DNA of 64,000 nt from contig CAWFJJ010000025.1 of the NCBI GenBank assembly GCA_963816185.1, positions 512,001 through 576,000 on the forward strand. Direction: 5' to 3'. Origin of the DNA: Thermoanaerobaculia bacterium (GTDB lineage: Bacteria; Acidobacteriota; Thermoanaerobaculia; UBA5066). This document shows, piece by piece, positions 50,017 to 59,601 of this stretch. The translations under genes were made by a program, and so were the position numbers. Every line of letters starts with the position of its first letter. Position 1 is the first letter of the stretch. Below the pieces are notes generated by a model, which saw only the letters and a program-made list of their open reading frames with translations, did not search any database and had not been told where the DNA came from.

Positions 50017-52629
50017 ATGCATGTCGCGTTGACGCTCAACGGCGTCGAGAAGACCTTTGACGTCGCCGCCGACGCGTCGCTCCTCGAGCTGCTCCGCGAC
50101 GGCGCGGGGATCACGTCGCCGAAGGATGGCTGCTCGCCCCAGGGCCAGTGCGGGGCGTGCCTCGTGCTCGTGGACGGGCATCCGAAAACTTCGTGCGCGA
50201 TTCCCGCCCGGAACGCCGCGGGGAAGAGCGTCCTGACGCTCGAGGGAGTGGCCGAGAGCGAGCGGCGAATTTACGGTGAGGCGTTCGCACGGACGGCGGG
50301 CCTCCAGTGCGGCTTCTGCATTCCGGGCATCGCGCTCCGGATGAAGAGCGTCCTCGACGCGAACCCGGATCCGACGGACGAAGAGATCAAGCGGAAGCTC
50401 GATCCGCACCTTTGCCGGTGCACCGGGTACGTCAAGATCGTCGACGCGTTCCATGCCGCGGCGCGGCTGCGCCGCGGCGAAGCGCTCCCGCCGCCGGACG
50501 AATCGGGCCGCGTCGGAACCAGCCTCGACCGCTACGAGGCCGAGGAGCTGACTCTCGGGACGCGGCCGTACGTCGCCGACCTCGTTTTTCCCGGGATGCT
50601 CCACGGCGCCGTGGCGCTCTCGGCGCACGCGCGGGCGCGCGTAAAAAGGATCGACACATCGAGGGCGGCCGGCCACCCCGGCGTGATGGCGGTCGTCACC
50701 GCGCGCGACGTGCCCGGCAAGCGTTTCTACGGCCTGATCGTCCCGGACTGGCCCGGCTTCGTGGCGGAGGGCGAGGAAACGCACTATGTCGGCGACGTCC
50801 TCGCGGCCGTCGCCGCGGTCGACGCGCGGACCGCCCGCGCCGCGGCGGCGAAGGTCGACGTGGAGTACGAAGTTCTCCCGCCCGTGACCGACCCCGAGGA
50901 GGCGCTCCGTCCCGGCGCTCCGCTCGTGGGAGGCGAGGGCAACCTCCTCGAGCGCTCGGTCGTCAAGCGCGGCGACGTCGAGGCGGCGCTCGCGGCGTCG
51001 GCGCACGTCGTCGAGGGCACGTGGCAGACGCAGCGCATCGAGCACCTCTACCTCGAGCCCGAGGCGTGCCTCGCCGCGCCGGGCGATATCGCCGGGCAGA
51101 ACCCTCGAGCGCGCCTGACCCTCTACACGCAGGGACAGGGAGTCTTCGACGACCGGCGGCAGGTGGCCGCGTTCCTCGGCCTCGCCGAGGACGAGGTGCA
51201 CGTCGTCCTCGTCCCGAACGGCGGCGCCTTCGGCGGCAAGGAGGACATGTCGATCCAGGCGCAGACGGCCCTCCTCGCCCGCGTGACGGGGCGGCCCGTT
51301 CGACTCGTCCTCTCGCGTGAGGAGTCCATGCGGCTCCACCCGAAGAGGCATCCCATCCGGATGCATTACCGCGCCGGGTGCGACTCCGAAGGCAGGCTGA
51401 CCGCGGTCCGGGCACGGATGATCGGCGACTCGGGCGCATACGCGTCGGTCGGGGGCAAGGTTCTCGAGCGTGCGGCCGGGCACGCGGCCGGACCGTACAA
51501 GTGCCCGAACATCGATGTCGAGGCGCTGGCCGTCTACACGAACAACCCGCCCTGCGGCGCCATGCGCGGCTTCGGCGCGAACCAGGCCCACTTCGCCATG
51601 GAAGGCGCCCTCGACATGCTGGCCGAGAAAGCCGGACTCGACGGCTGGGAGATCAGGTGGCGCAACGCGCTCGAGGCGGGCGACGAGTGGTCGTGCGGGC
51701 AGAAGCTCACGGCTTCGGTCGGCCTCAAGAAGACTCTCCTCGCCGTCAAGGACGTCTGGGAGAAGAACCGGGGGCGCGCGGGCATCGCCTGCGGCATCAA
51801 GAACTCCGGCATCGGGAACGGGCTGAAGGAATGGGGAAGGGCGCGGCTCGTGGTGGAGGGCGGCGGCAGCATCACGCTTTACAACGGCTACACCGAGATG
51901 GGCCAGGGCCTCCTCACTGTCCTGATCCAGTGCGCGTGCGAGGTGACGGGGCTCCCCGCGTCCGTCTTCCGCGCCCGGGTCGACACGCGCTTTCCGATGG
52001 AGGTGGGCCAGACGACAGGCTCGCGGGCGACGTATCTCGGCGGACGTGCCGTCGTCGACGCGGCGCGGAAGCTGAAAGCGGACCTCGATTCCGGCAGGAC
52101 GCTCGAGGATCTTTCGGGCACCGTCTACGTGGGCGAAGTCCTCGTGGATGACACGACGAAGCTCGGCCACGAACCGCCTCCCGGAGTCCCGATGAAGCTT
52201 CACTCGGCCTTCGGATTTGCCACGCAGGTCGTGATCCTCGACGAGAAAGGCCGCGTGTCGAAGGTCGTGGCAGCTCACGACGTGGGGCGCGCCATCAACC
52301 CGAAGCTCTGCGAGGGGCAGATCGAAGGCTCCGTCCACATGGGTCTCGGCTACGCGCTCACGGAGGAGATGGTCTGCAAGGACGGCATGCCGGTTTCGTT
52401 CCGCATCCGCGACTACGGCGTCCTCAGGGCTCAGGACATGCCCGAAGTCGAGGTGATCCTCGTGGAGGACCCGCAGCCCGACGGCCCGTTCGGCGCCAAG
52501 GGCGTGGGGGAGATCGGCCTCGTGCCGACGGCTCCCGCGGTGGCCGCCGCCCTGCACACTTTCGACGGCGTCCGCCGGTTCACGCTCCCGATGCGCGATT
52601 CTCCTGCTGCCCGGGCGTTGAAACGGTGA
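50017..52629 (+). CDS. Xanthine dehydrogenase-family molybdenum hydroxylase, fused [2Fe-2S] + Moco subunit (selenium-dependent type by context)
   Basis: GCSPQGQCGAC, QCGFC, CRCTGY, GGAFGGK, AMRGFG, AKGVGE; leads the ssnA/ygfK/ygeW/ygeY operon. Confidence 0.88.
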   Translation: MHVALTLNGVEKTFDVAADASLLELLRDGAGITSPKDGCSPQGQCGACLVLVDGHPKTSCAIPARNAAGKSVLTLEGVAESERRIYGEAFARTAGLQCGFCIPGIALRMKSVLDANPDPTDEEIKRKLDPHLCRCTGYVKIVDAFHAAARLRRGEALPPPDESGRVGTSLDRYEAEELTLGTRPYVADLVFPGMLHGAVALSAHARARVKRIDTSRAAGHPGVMAVVTARDVPGKRFYGLIVPDWPGFVAEGEETHYVGDVLAAVAAVDARTARAAAAKVDVEYEVLPPVTDPEEALRPGAPLVGGEGNLLERSVVKRGDVEAALAASAHVVEGTWQTQRIEHLYLEPEACLAAPGDIAGQNPRARLTLYTQGQGVFDDRRQVAAFLGLAEDEVHVVLVPNGGAFGGKEDMSIQAQTALLARVTGRPVRLVLSREESMRLHPKRHPIRMHYRAGCDSEGRLTAVRARMIGDSGAYASVGGKVLERAAGHAAGPYKCPNIDVEALAVYTNNPPCGAMRGFGANQAHFAMEGALDMLAEKAGLDGWEIRWRNALEAGDEWSCGQKLTASVGLKKTLLAVKDVWEKNRGRAGIACGIKNSGIGNGLKEWGRARLVVEGGGSITLYNGYTEMGQGLLTVLIQCACEVTGLPASVFRARVDTRFPMEVGQTTGSRATYLGGRAVVDAARKLKADLDSGRTLEDLSGTVYVGEVLVDDTTKLGHEPPPGVPMKLHSAFGFATQVVILDEKGRVSKVVAAHDVGRAINPKLCEGQIEGSVHMGLGYALTEEMVCKDGMPVSFRIRDYGVLRAQDMPEVEVILVEDPQPDGPFGAKGVGEIGLVPTAPAVAAALHTFDGVRRFTLPMRDSPAARALKR

Positions 52630-52633
52630 AGGC

Positions 52634-53884
52634 GTGAGCCGGCATCTGCCGAAGGTCACGGGCTTGAGATGCGTCCTGTGCGGGACCGTCTACGCGCACG
52701 GCGAGAAGGAATACACCTGCCCGCGGTGCGGGATCGAGGGAATCCTCGACGTCGAATACGACCACGAGCTGATCGCCCGGACCTTCGGCCTCTCGTCCCT
52801 CGCGGCCGACCGCGATCTTTCGCTCTGGCGCTACCGGGCTCTCCTGCCTCTTCCCGACGACATCGTCCCGCCGCGCCTCCAGGTCGGCTGGACACCCGTG
52901 GTCGAGTCGCCCGTGCTCGCCAAGGAGCTCGGCCTCGGCGCCTTCTTCGTCAAGGACGACGGCCGAAATCCCACCGCCTCGTTCAAGGACCGCGCCAGCT
53001 CGGTGGGTGTCACGCGCGCGCGGTGGCTCGGCCGGAACGAAATCACCTGCTCGTCGACCGGCAACGCGGCGTCATCACTCGCGGGCTTCGCGGCCGAGGC
53101 GGGGATGGTAGCGTTCATCTTCGTGCCCGTTTCGGCCCCGGAGGCGAAGGTCGCCCAGCTCCTCGTCTACGGGGCGAAAGTCTTCCTCGTCGAGGGTCCG
53201 TACGAGGATGCCTTCAAGACGTGCCAGTCCTCGGTCGAGGCGTTCGGCTGGTACAACCGCAACTGCGCGATCAACCCTTATCTCGTCGAAGGGAAGAAGA
53301 CGTGCGGCCTGGAGATCGCCGAGCAGATGCGCGGCCGGATGCCCGATGTCGTGACCGTCGCTCTCGGCGACGGCTGTACGACGGCTGGGATCTGGAAGGG
53401 GCTCGCCGAAATGAAGAGGCACGACGTCGTCGATCGGTTGCCGCGCATCCTGGCCGTCCAGGCCGAGGGCGCCGCGCCGCTCGCGACGACCTTCGCCCGT
53501 GGCGACGAGCACATCGAGCCGGTCGAGGCGACGACGCTCGCCGACTCCATCAACGTGGGCGCGCCGCGAAACGGCATCAAGGCCCTCCGCGCCGTCCGCG
53601 CCTCGGGCGGAGCGATCGTGACCGCGCGCGACGAGGCGATCCTGTCGTGGATCCCGCGCCTGGCCCGCGCCACGGGCGTCTTCGCCGAGCCCACGGGCGT
53701 CGCCGCGCTCGCCGGCCTCGAGGTCGCGATCGAGAGGGGCCTCGTCAGGCGTGGGGAGCGCGTCCTCCACGTGGCGACCGGCAACGGCCTGAAAGACACG
53801 CGCGGCGCGATGCGTTCCGTCGGACCCCCGCGAAGAATTCCGCCCTCTCTCGACGCCGTCCGCGGCGCACTGGAGCAAGACTAA
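52634..53884 (+). CDS. Threonine synthase-like PLP enzyme (fold type II)
   Basis: N-terminal CxxC..CxxC, NPTASFKDR, SSTGNAA, EGKKT, TGNGLK. Confidence 0.85.
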   Translation: MSRHLPKVTGLRCVLCGTVYAHGEKEYTCPRCGIEGILDVEYDHELIARTFGLSSLAADRDLSLWRYRALLPLPDDIVPPRLQVGWTPVVESPVLAKELGLGAFFVKDDGRNPTASFKDRASSVGVTRARWLGRNEITCSSTGNAASSLAGFAAEAGMVAFIFVPVSAPEAKVAQLLVYGAKVFLVEGPYEDAFKTCQSSVEAFGWYNRNCAINPYLVEGKKTCGLEIAEQMRGRMPDVVTVALGDGCTTAGIWKGLAEMKRHDVVDRLPRILAVQAEGAAPLATTFARGDEHIEPVEATTLADSINVGAPRNGIKALRAVRASGGAIVTARDEAILSWIPRLARATGVFAEPTGVAALAGLEVAIERGLVRRGERVLHVATGNGLKDTRGAMRSVGPPRRIPPSLDAVRGALEQD

Positions 53885-55239
53885 TGATCCACGGCCCAAC
53901 GTATTCCGAGATGCGCGACCCTTCGAGCCTGCCCGCGGAGCTGCGGCGTCGAGCCGCCGTCGCCGCGCGCGAGGCGCCGCTCGATCCGGTCAACCTCTTC
54001 AACATCACGTGGCACGAAGAGGACGGCCGCGTGCGGGCTCTGCGCCTCCCCGAGGCCCTCACGGGCGTCGAGGCGCCCATCGTCCTCCTCCATGCGGGGG
54101 ATTTTCCGACCGGCGCACACAAGGTGGGGGCGACGTACTCGGTCCTCATGGAACACCAGCTCGCCGGCGACGTCACGCCCGGGACGTCGACGCTCGTCTG
54201 GCCCTCGACCGGCAACTACGGGATCGGCGGCGCGTGGGTCGGCCCGCGCATGGGCTACGAATCGGTCGTGATCCTGCCGGAGGAGATGAGCGCCGAGCGC
54301 TTCGAGAAGATCGCCGCGTACGGTGCGAAGGCCATCAGCACGCCCGGCTGCGAGAGCAACGTCAAGGAGATCTACGACGAGTGCAAGCGCCTCGCGGCGC
54401 AGCCGCGCGTCCGCGTGATGAATCAGTTCGCCGAGATGGCGAACTACCGCTGGCACTACCACGTCACCGGCGCCGCAGCGGCGGAGGCGGTCGAGACGCT
54501 CGGAGCCGGGCGGCCTGCCGCTTTCGTCTCGGCGATGGGCTCGGGAGGCACGATCGCGGCCGGCGACGCCCTCAAGGCGCTCTTCAGGACGCGCATCGTC
54601 GGTCTCGAGCCTGTCCAGTGCCCCACGCTCTCGCGCAACGGCTACGGCGGACACGCGATCGAGGGGATCGGCGACAAGCACGTGACGTGGATCCATCACG
54701 TGACGAATCTGGACGCCATGATGTGCATCGACGACGAGGAGTGCCTGCTGGGTCTCCAGCTCGTGAGCGAGCCGGCGGGCCGCGACTTCCTCGCCGCGGG
54801 AGGCGGGCTGGGAGAAACCGCGCATCGCCTCTCGACACTTCTCGGCATCAGCGGTGTCTGCAACATCCTCGGCGCGATCAAGACCGCGCGGTGGCTCCGG
54901 CTCGGCAAGAACGACGCGATCGTGACGGTGGCGACGGACTCCCTCGACCGGTACCCGTCCGTTCTCAAGCGCCTCGCGGCGCGCACGGGGCCGCTTACGC
55001 TCGAGCGGGCCGAGGCGCGCCTCGCGTCCGTTTTCCGCGGGCAAAAGCTCGACTGGATCTCGGAGGGGACTCGCGAGAGCCGAGAGCGCTGGCACAACCT
55101 GAAATACTTCACGTGGGTCGAGCAGCAGGGAAAGACGATAGAGGAGCTCGACGCGCAGCGTTCCGAGAGCTGGTGGAGCGAACAGGCGGCGCTCGCGGGA
55201 GACGTGGATCGCCGGCTCCGCGAGGCGCGTGGGTGGTGA
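53884..55239 (+). CDS. PLP-dependent enzyme, cysteine synthase-like (fold type II)
   Basis: FPTGAHKVG, STGNYG, MGSGGT, IEGIGDK; TAATG overlap with the upstream gene. Confidence 0.82.
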   Translation: MIHGPTYSEMRDPSSLPAELRRRAAVAAREAPLDPVNLFNITWHEEDGRVRALRLPEALTGVEAPIVLLHAGDFPTGAHKVGATYSVLMEHQLAGDVTPGTSTLVWPSTGNYGIGGAWVGPRMGYESVVILPEEMSAERFEKIAAYGAKAISTPGCESNVKEIYDECKRLAAQPRVRVMNQFAEMANYRWHYHVTGAAAAEAVETLGAGRPAAFVSAMGSGGTIAAGDALKALFRTRIVGLEPVQCPTLSRNGYGGHAIEGIGDKHVTWIHHVTNLDAMMCIDDEECLLGLQLVSEPAGRDFLAAGGGLGETAHRLSTLLGISGVCNILGAIKTARWLRLGKNDAIVTVATDSLDRYPSVLKRLAARTGPLTLERAEARLASVFRGQKLDWISEGTRESRERWHNLKYFTWVEQQGKTIEELDAQRSESWWSEQAALAGDVDRRLREARGW

Positions 55240-56459
55240 AAGAGGGGGGGCGACGCGGATCGGGCGCGAGGGGCCTCGCCATCGAAGGCGGCACCGTCTT
55301 GGCGCTCGCCCCGCCCTCCCTTGAGCGGCGCGACGTGCTGTTGGGAGCCGAGCCACGGCGCCGGCTCGACGCCTCCGGCTGTCTCGTCATGCCCGGGCTC
55401 GTCATCGCGCACACGCATCTCTATTCGGCGCTCGCCCGCGGAATGCCGGGTCCGGCCGCGCCCCCGCGCACCTTCCGGGAGATCCTCGAGCGGATCTGGT
55501 GGCGCCTCGACGCGGCGCTCGACGAAAGCTCGCTTCGGGCGTCGGCCGAGGTCGCTCTCCTCGACGCGGCTCTCTCGGGTGCGACGGTCGTCCTCGACCA
55601 CCACGAGTCCCCGTCCTTCATCGACGGCTCTCTCGATGTCCTCGCAGGTGCGGCGAAGGCGGTCGGCGTGAGCGTCGCGCTCACGTACGGGGCGACGGAC
55701 CGGCACGGACCGAAAGGAGCGGCGGACGGCCTCGCCGAGTGCGAGCGGGCGATCCGGGAAGGTCTCCCCGCAATGGTGGGTCTTCACGCCGGCTTCACGG
55801 TCTCGGACGAGACGCTCGCCGCCGCGTCGGACCTCGCGAGGCGAACGGGGGCCTGGCTCCACGTGCACGCGGCCGAGGACCTCTGCGATGAGGGATCCTT
55901 CGAACGTCTCGACCGCGCCGGAGCCCTCGGGCCGAAGACGCTCCTGGCCCACGGCGTTCACCTCGGGTCGAGAGAGCGCGAGCGGGCGCGCGAGGCAAGC
56001 GCGTGGATCGTTCACAACCCTCGCAGCAATCTCCAGAACGCCGTGGGATACGCCGACGTGGGGACCCTCGGCTCGCGCGTCGCCCTCGGCACGGACGGGA
56101 TGGACGGCGACCTCTTCGCGGAGGCGCGCGTCGCGCACCTGCGCGCCCGGGAAGCGTACGGGCCGGCGGGCGGGATCGATGCGGTCGCTCTTCTTGCCCA
56201 GAGCCAGCGTCTGGCCGACGAGGCCGTCGGGCCGCGCCCTGGGGACTGGATCGTCCTCGAGTACGACCCTCCCACGCCTCTGACGGCGTCGAATCTCGCG
56301 GGACACGTTCTCTTTGGCCTCGGGACGCGCCACGTGCGCGACGTCGTCGTGAACGGCGAGGTCGTCGTCGAAGGGCGGAGGTCCGTGCGCGTGGACGGCG
56401 CTCGCGTCCATGCCCGGGGGCGCGAGGAAGCGGCGCGGCTCTGGGAGCGGATGGCGTGA
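55236..56459 (+). CDS. ssnA: SsnA-like amidohydrolase
   Basis: PGLVIAHTHLYSALARG, IWWRLD, DHH, HVHAAED, LGTDG, YDPPTPL. Confidence 0.82.
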   Translation: MKEGGRRGSGARGLAIEGGTVLALAPPSLERRDVLLGAEPRRRLDASGCLVMPGLVIAHTHLYSALARGMPGPAAPPRTFREILERIWWRLDAALDESSLRASAEVALLDAALSGATVVLDHHESPSFIDGSLDVLAGAAKAVGVSVALTYGATDRHGPKGAADGLAECERAIREGLPAMVGLHAGFTVSDETLAAASDLARRTGAWLHVHAAEDLCDEGSFERLDRAGALGPKTLLAHGVHLGSRERERAREASAWIVHNPRSNLQNAVGYADVGTLGSRVALGTDGMDGDLFAEARVAHLRAREAYGPAGGIDAVALLAQSQRLADEAVGPRPGDWIVLEYDPPTPLTASNLAGHVLFGLGTRHVRDVVVNGEVVVEGRRSVRVDGARVHARGREEAARLWERMA

Positions 56460-58472
56460 GCACGCTCCGCCCGCTCCCGCTCTCCGTACTCGTACGCCGC
56501 GCGGCGGAGGAGCTCCCTACGGGATCGGTCTACGACCTCCCGCTGCGACACGTGTTCAGGGGTTTCCCGGGCCTGGACCTCTCGGTGAGGTTCCACGGTC
56601 ACCGCTGCGCGACGCCGGTCGGACCGGCGGCGGGGCCGCACACGCAGATGGCGCAGAACATCGCGCTCTCCTTCTTGGCCGGAGGCCGCATCCTCGAGCT
56701 CAAGACCGTTCAGGTGAACGATCGGCTCGTGATCCCGCGTCCGTGCATCGACATGCGGACCGTGGGCTTCAACATCGAGTGGTCGCAGGAGCTTCTGGTC
56801 GAAGAGTCCCTCCGCGAGTACGCGAAAGCGCGACTGCTCGTGGCGATCCTGTCCGAGCTCTGCGACATTCCCGACGCAGAGCGCGACTTCGTCCTCGACG
56901 TGTCCGTCGGCTACAGCCTCGACGGCATCAAGTCGCGCAAGATCACCGGATTCTTCGAAGGGGTCCGCGACGCGGGCGCTCTCCTCGACCGCGAGCGACA
57001 GGCTCTGCGCAGAGAGCTCCCTTCCTCTCTGAGGCGGTTCGCCGACGTTCCCTGCGACGCACGCCTCTCCGACTCGGTCACGCTCTCCACGTTCCACGGC
57101 TGCCCGGCCGGCGAGATCGCCGCCATCAGCCGGCATCTCCTCTCGGAGCTGGGACTCCACACCATCGTCAAGCTGAACCCGACTCTCCTCGGATACGAGG
57201 AGACGCGGGAGATCCTTCACGACCGCCTCGGATACGCGCACATCGCGCTCCGCCGCGCCGCTTTCGAGAAGGACCTGCAGTGGAGCGACGGCCTCTCGAT
57301 CGCTCGGGAGCTGTCGGGTGAGGCCGCACGGCTCGGTCTCGACTTCGGCGTGAAGCTCACGAACACACTCGTCGTCGAGAATCCTGCCGACTTCATGCCC
57401 GGCGAGGAGGCGTACCTGTCCGGCGAGCCGCTCCACGTCCTCGCGCTGACGCTCGGGTCGAGGCTTCGGGAAAACCTCGGAGCCGCATTCCCGATCTCCT
57501 TCTCCGCCGGGATCGACTCGGCCAACGTGGCCGGCGCGGTCGCGAGCGGCTTCGTGCCGGTGACGAGCTGCACCGATCTTCTCCGGCCCGGCGGCTACGA
57601 GCGCCTTCACCGGCAGGTCGAGGCTCTCGCGGGCGCGGTGCAGGAATCGGGCGCCGCTGCGATCCCGGACTTCATCCGGGCACGCGCCGGAGCGGCAGCC
57701 GGCGGCGACGTCGCCGCCGCGTCTCTCCTGAATCACAGCCGCTTGGCCGCCGGGGCGCTCGTCAACGAGCGCTACTGCAGCCGCGAAGACCGGCCTCCTG
57801 CCCCGTAAGATCGGCTCACGCCTTCACCTTCTGGACTGCATCAATTGCGACAAGTGCATTCCCGTCTGCCCGAACGATGCCAACTTCTCCTACGAGATGC
57901 CGCCTCGGACGATCACCTTCCGCGACCTCGTCTCCCGCGGCGGCCGTCTCTCACCCGCCGACGAACGGACCCTCGCGTGGGGAGCCGGGAAATCGCCGAC
58001 GCACCAGATCGCGAACTGGGCAGACGCCTGCAACGACTGCGGGAACTGCGACGTCTTCTGCCCCGAGGACGGCGGTCCCTACATCGAGAAGCCGCGCATC
58101 TTCCGGTCCTTGGCATCCTTCCTGTCCGATGACCCGCGCCCCGGTTTCTTCGTCCTCCGCGAGGAGGACGGCTCTCTCACGGCCTACGGCCGCTGGGGAG
58201 GCCGTGAGGTGGAGCTTCTCGTGAGGCCCGGCGGCTCGGCAATTTTCCGCGACGGCGTCGCCGAGCTGCAATTCGCGTCCGCCGAAGCCGTAGCTCCGGA
58301 CGAAGCGCGCATCCTCGCGCCGCCGGCGCCCGAGGGACACGTCGTTCCTGTCGGGCACTACCATGTCCTCCGGGCGGTCCTGACCGGACTTTTCGCGCCG
58401 GGCGCCGTCTCCTGGCTGACCGCCATGTTTCCGGAGGTTTCCGGACCCACAAACGTCTCTTTGGAGAGCTGA
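56456..58472 (+). CDS. ygfK: YgfK-like oxidoreductase (short form), +1 frameshift near 57776
   Basis: GPAAGPHTQMAQNI, ELKTVQ, LSTFHGCP, KLNPTLLG, KLTNTL; after the shift CINCDKCIPVCPND and CNDCGNCDVFCP. Confidence 0.78.
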
Positions 58473-58473
58473 C

Positions 58474-59601
58474 GTGAAGACCACCGCTGCCGCCGATCCC
58501 GCCGTTCCGGCCGCCCTCGTGGGCCGGAGCCTCCTCCTCACGGACGACTACACGACGGCGGAGCTTTCCTCTCTCCTCGCCGTCGCCGAGAGCTTCTGCG
58601 CGCTGGACCGCGAAGGGAAGAAGGCGGAGCTCCTGCCCGACGAGCTCGCCTACGCGCTCTTCTTCGACAACTCCACGCGCACCAAGTCCGCGTGGGCGGG
58701 CGCCGCGGCCCGGCTGGGCATGCACCCGGTCATCGTGGACGGCTCGTCCACACAGGTCTCGCACGGCGAGACCGCGGCCGAGACCGGCGCCATGCTCGGG
58801 ATGAACGCGCACGCTCTCGGCGTGCGGCACGACCTGATCCTCGGCGAGGGCAACGCTTTCATGCGCGACGTGAAGAGAGGGATCGACGCCTATCTCGTGG
58901 CCACGCGCGACGGGCGGAAGGTTCCCGTCGTCAACCTTCAGTGCGACATCGACCATCCCACCCAGACGCTGGCCGACCTCTGCTGGCTCCGCGAGACGTT
59001 TCCCGAAGGTGTCGCGGGCAAGCGCATCGCCGTGTCGTGGGCGTACTCGCCCAGCTACGCCAAGCCGCTCTCGGTGCCGCAGGGGCTCATCATGCTCATG
59101 ACGCGCTTCGGCGCGCACGTGACGCTCGCGCATCCGGAAGGCTATCGCCTCATGGACCGGTGCCTCGCGTCCGCGGCTTCGCATGCCGCCTCGTCGGGCG
59201 GCTCCTTTCGGACGGTTTCTTCCATGGACGATGCGTTCGAGGACGCCGACGTCGTCTATCCGAAGAGCTGGGGGCCGTACGACCTCATGCTCTCCCGTGT
59301 CGAGGCCAACCACGCGCGTGACGCGAAGCGAATGGGCGAGATCGAGAAAGAAGCGCTCGCGCGAAACGCGCAACACAAGGACTGGATCTGTGACGAAAGG
59401 CGGATGAAGACCACGCGGGGAGGCGATGCCCTTTACATGCACTGCCTTCCCGCCGACATCGGGTCGGAGGTCTCGCCCGGCGTCATGGCGAAGCACGCCG
59501 TGAACGTCGCGCGCGAGGCGAACTGGAAGGTCTACGTCGTGATGGCGGCGCTCGCGACGGCCAAGGTGCCCGATCTCGCCCGCCGGATGGAGGCGTTGTG
59601 A
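58474..59601 (+). CDS. ygeW: Knotted carbamoyltransferase YgeW
   Basis: DNSTRT, HGET, NLQCDIDHPTQ, SWAYSPSYAKPLSVPQG, YPKSW, MHCLPADI. Confidence 0.88.
   Translation: MKTTAAADPAVPAALVGRSLLLTDDYTTAELSSLLAVAESFCALDREGKKAELLPDELAYALFFDNSTRTKSAWAGAAARLGMHPVIVDGSSTQVSHGETAAETGAMLGMNAHALGVRHDLILGEGNAFMRDVKRGIDAYLVATRDGRKVPVVNLQCDIDHPTQTLADLCWLRETFPEGVAGKRIAVSWAYSPSYAKPLSVPQGLIMLMTRFGAHVTLAHPEGYRLMDRCLASAASHAASSGGSFRTVSSMDDAFEDADVVYPKSWGPYDLMLSRVEANHARDAKRMGEIEKEALARNAQHKDWICDERRMKTTRGGDALYMHCLPADIGSEVSPGVMAKHAVNVAREANWKVYVVMAALATAKVPDLARRMEAL

Noticed and set aside
57770-57810. Stop-codon readthrough or Sec in ygfK
   Set aside because: The stop is TAA and the continuation is in another frame, so it is an indel and not recoding.
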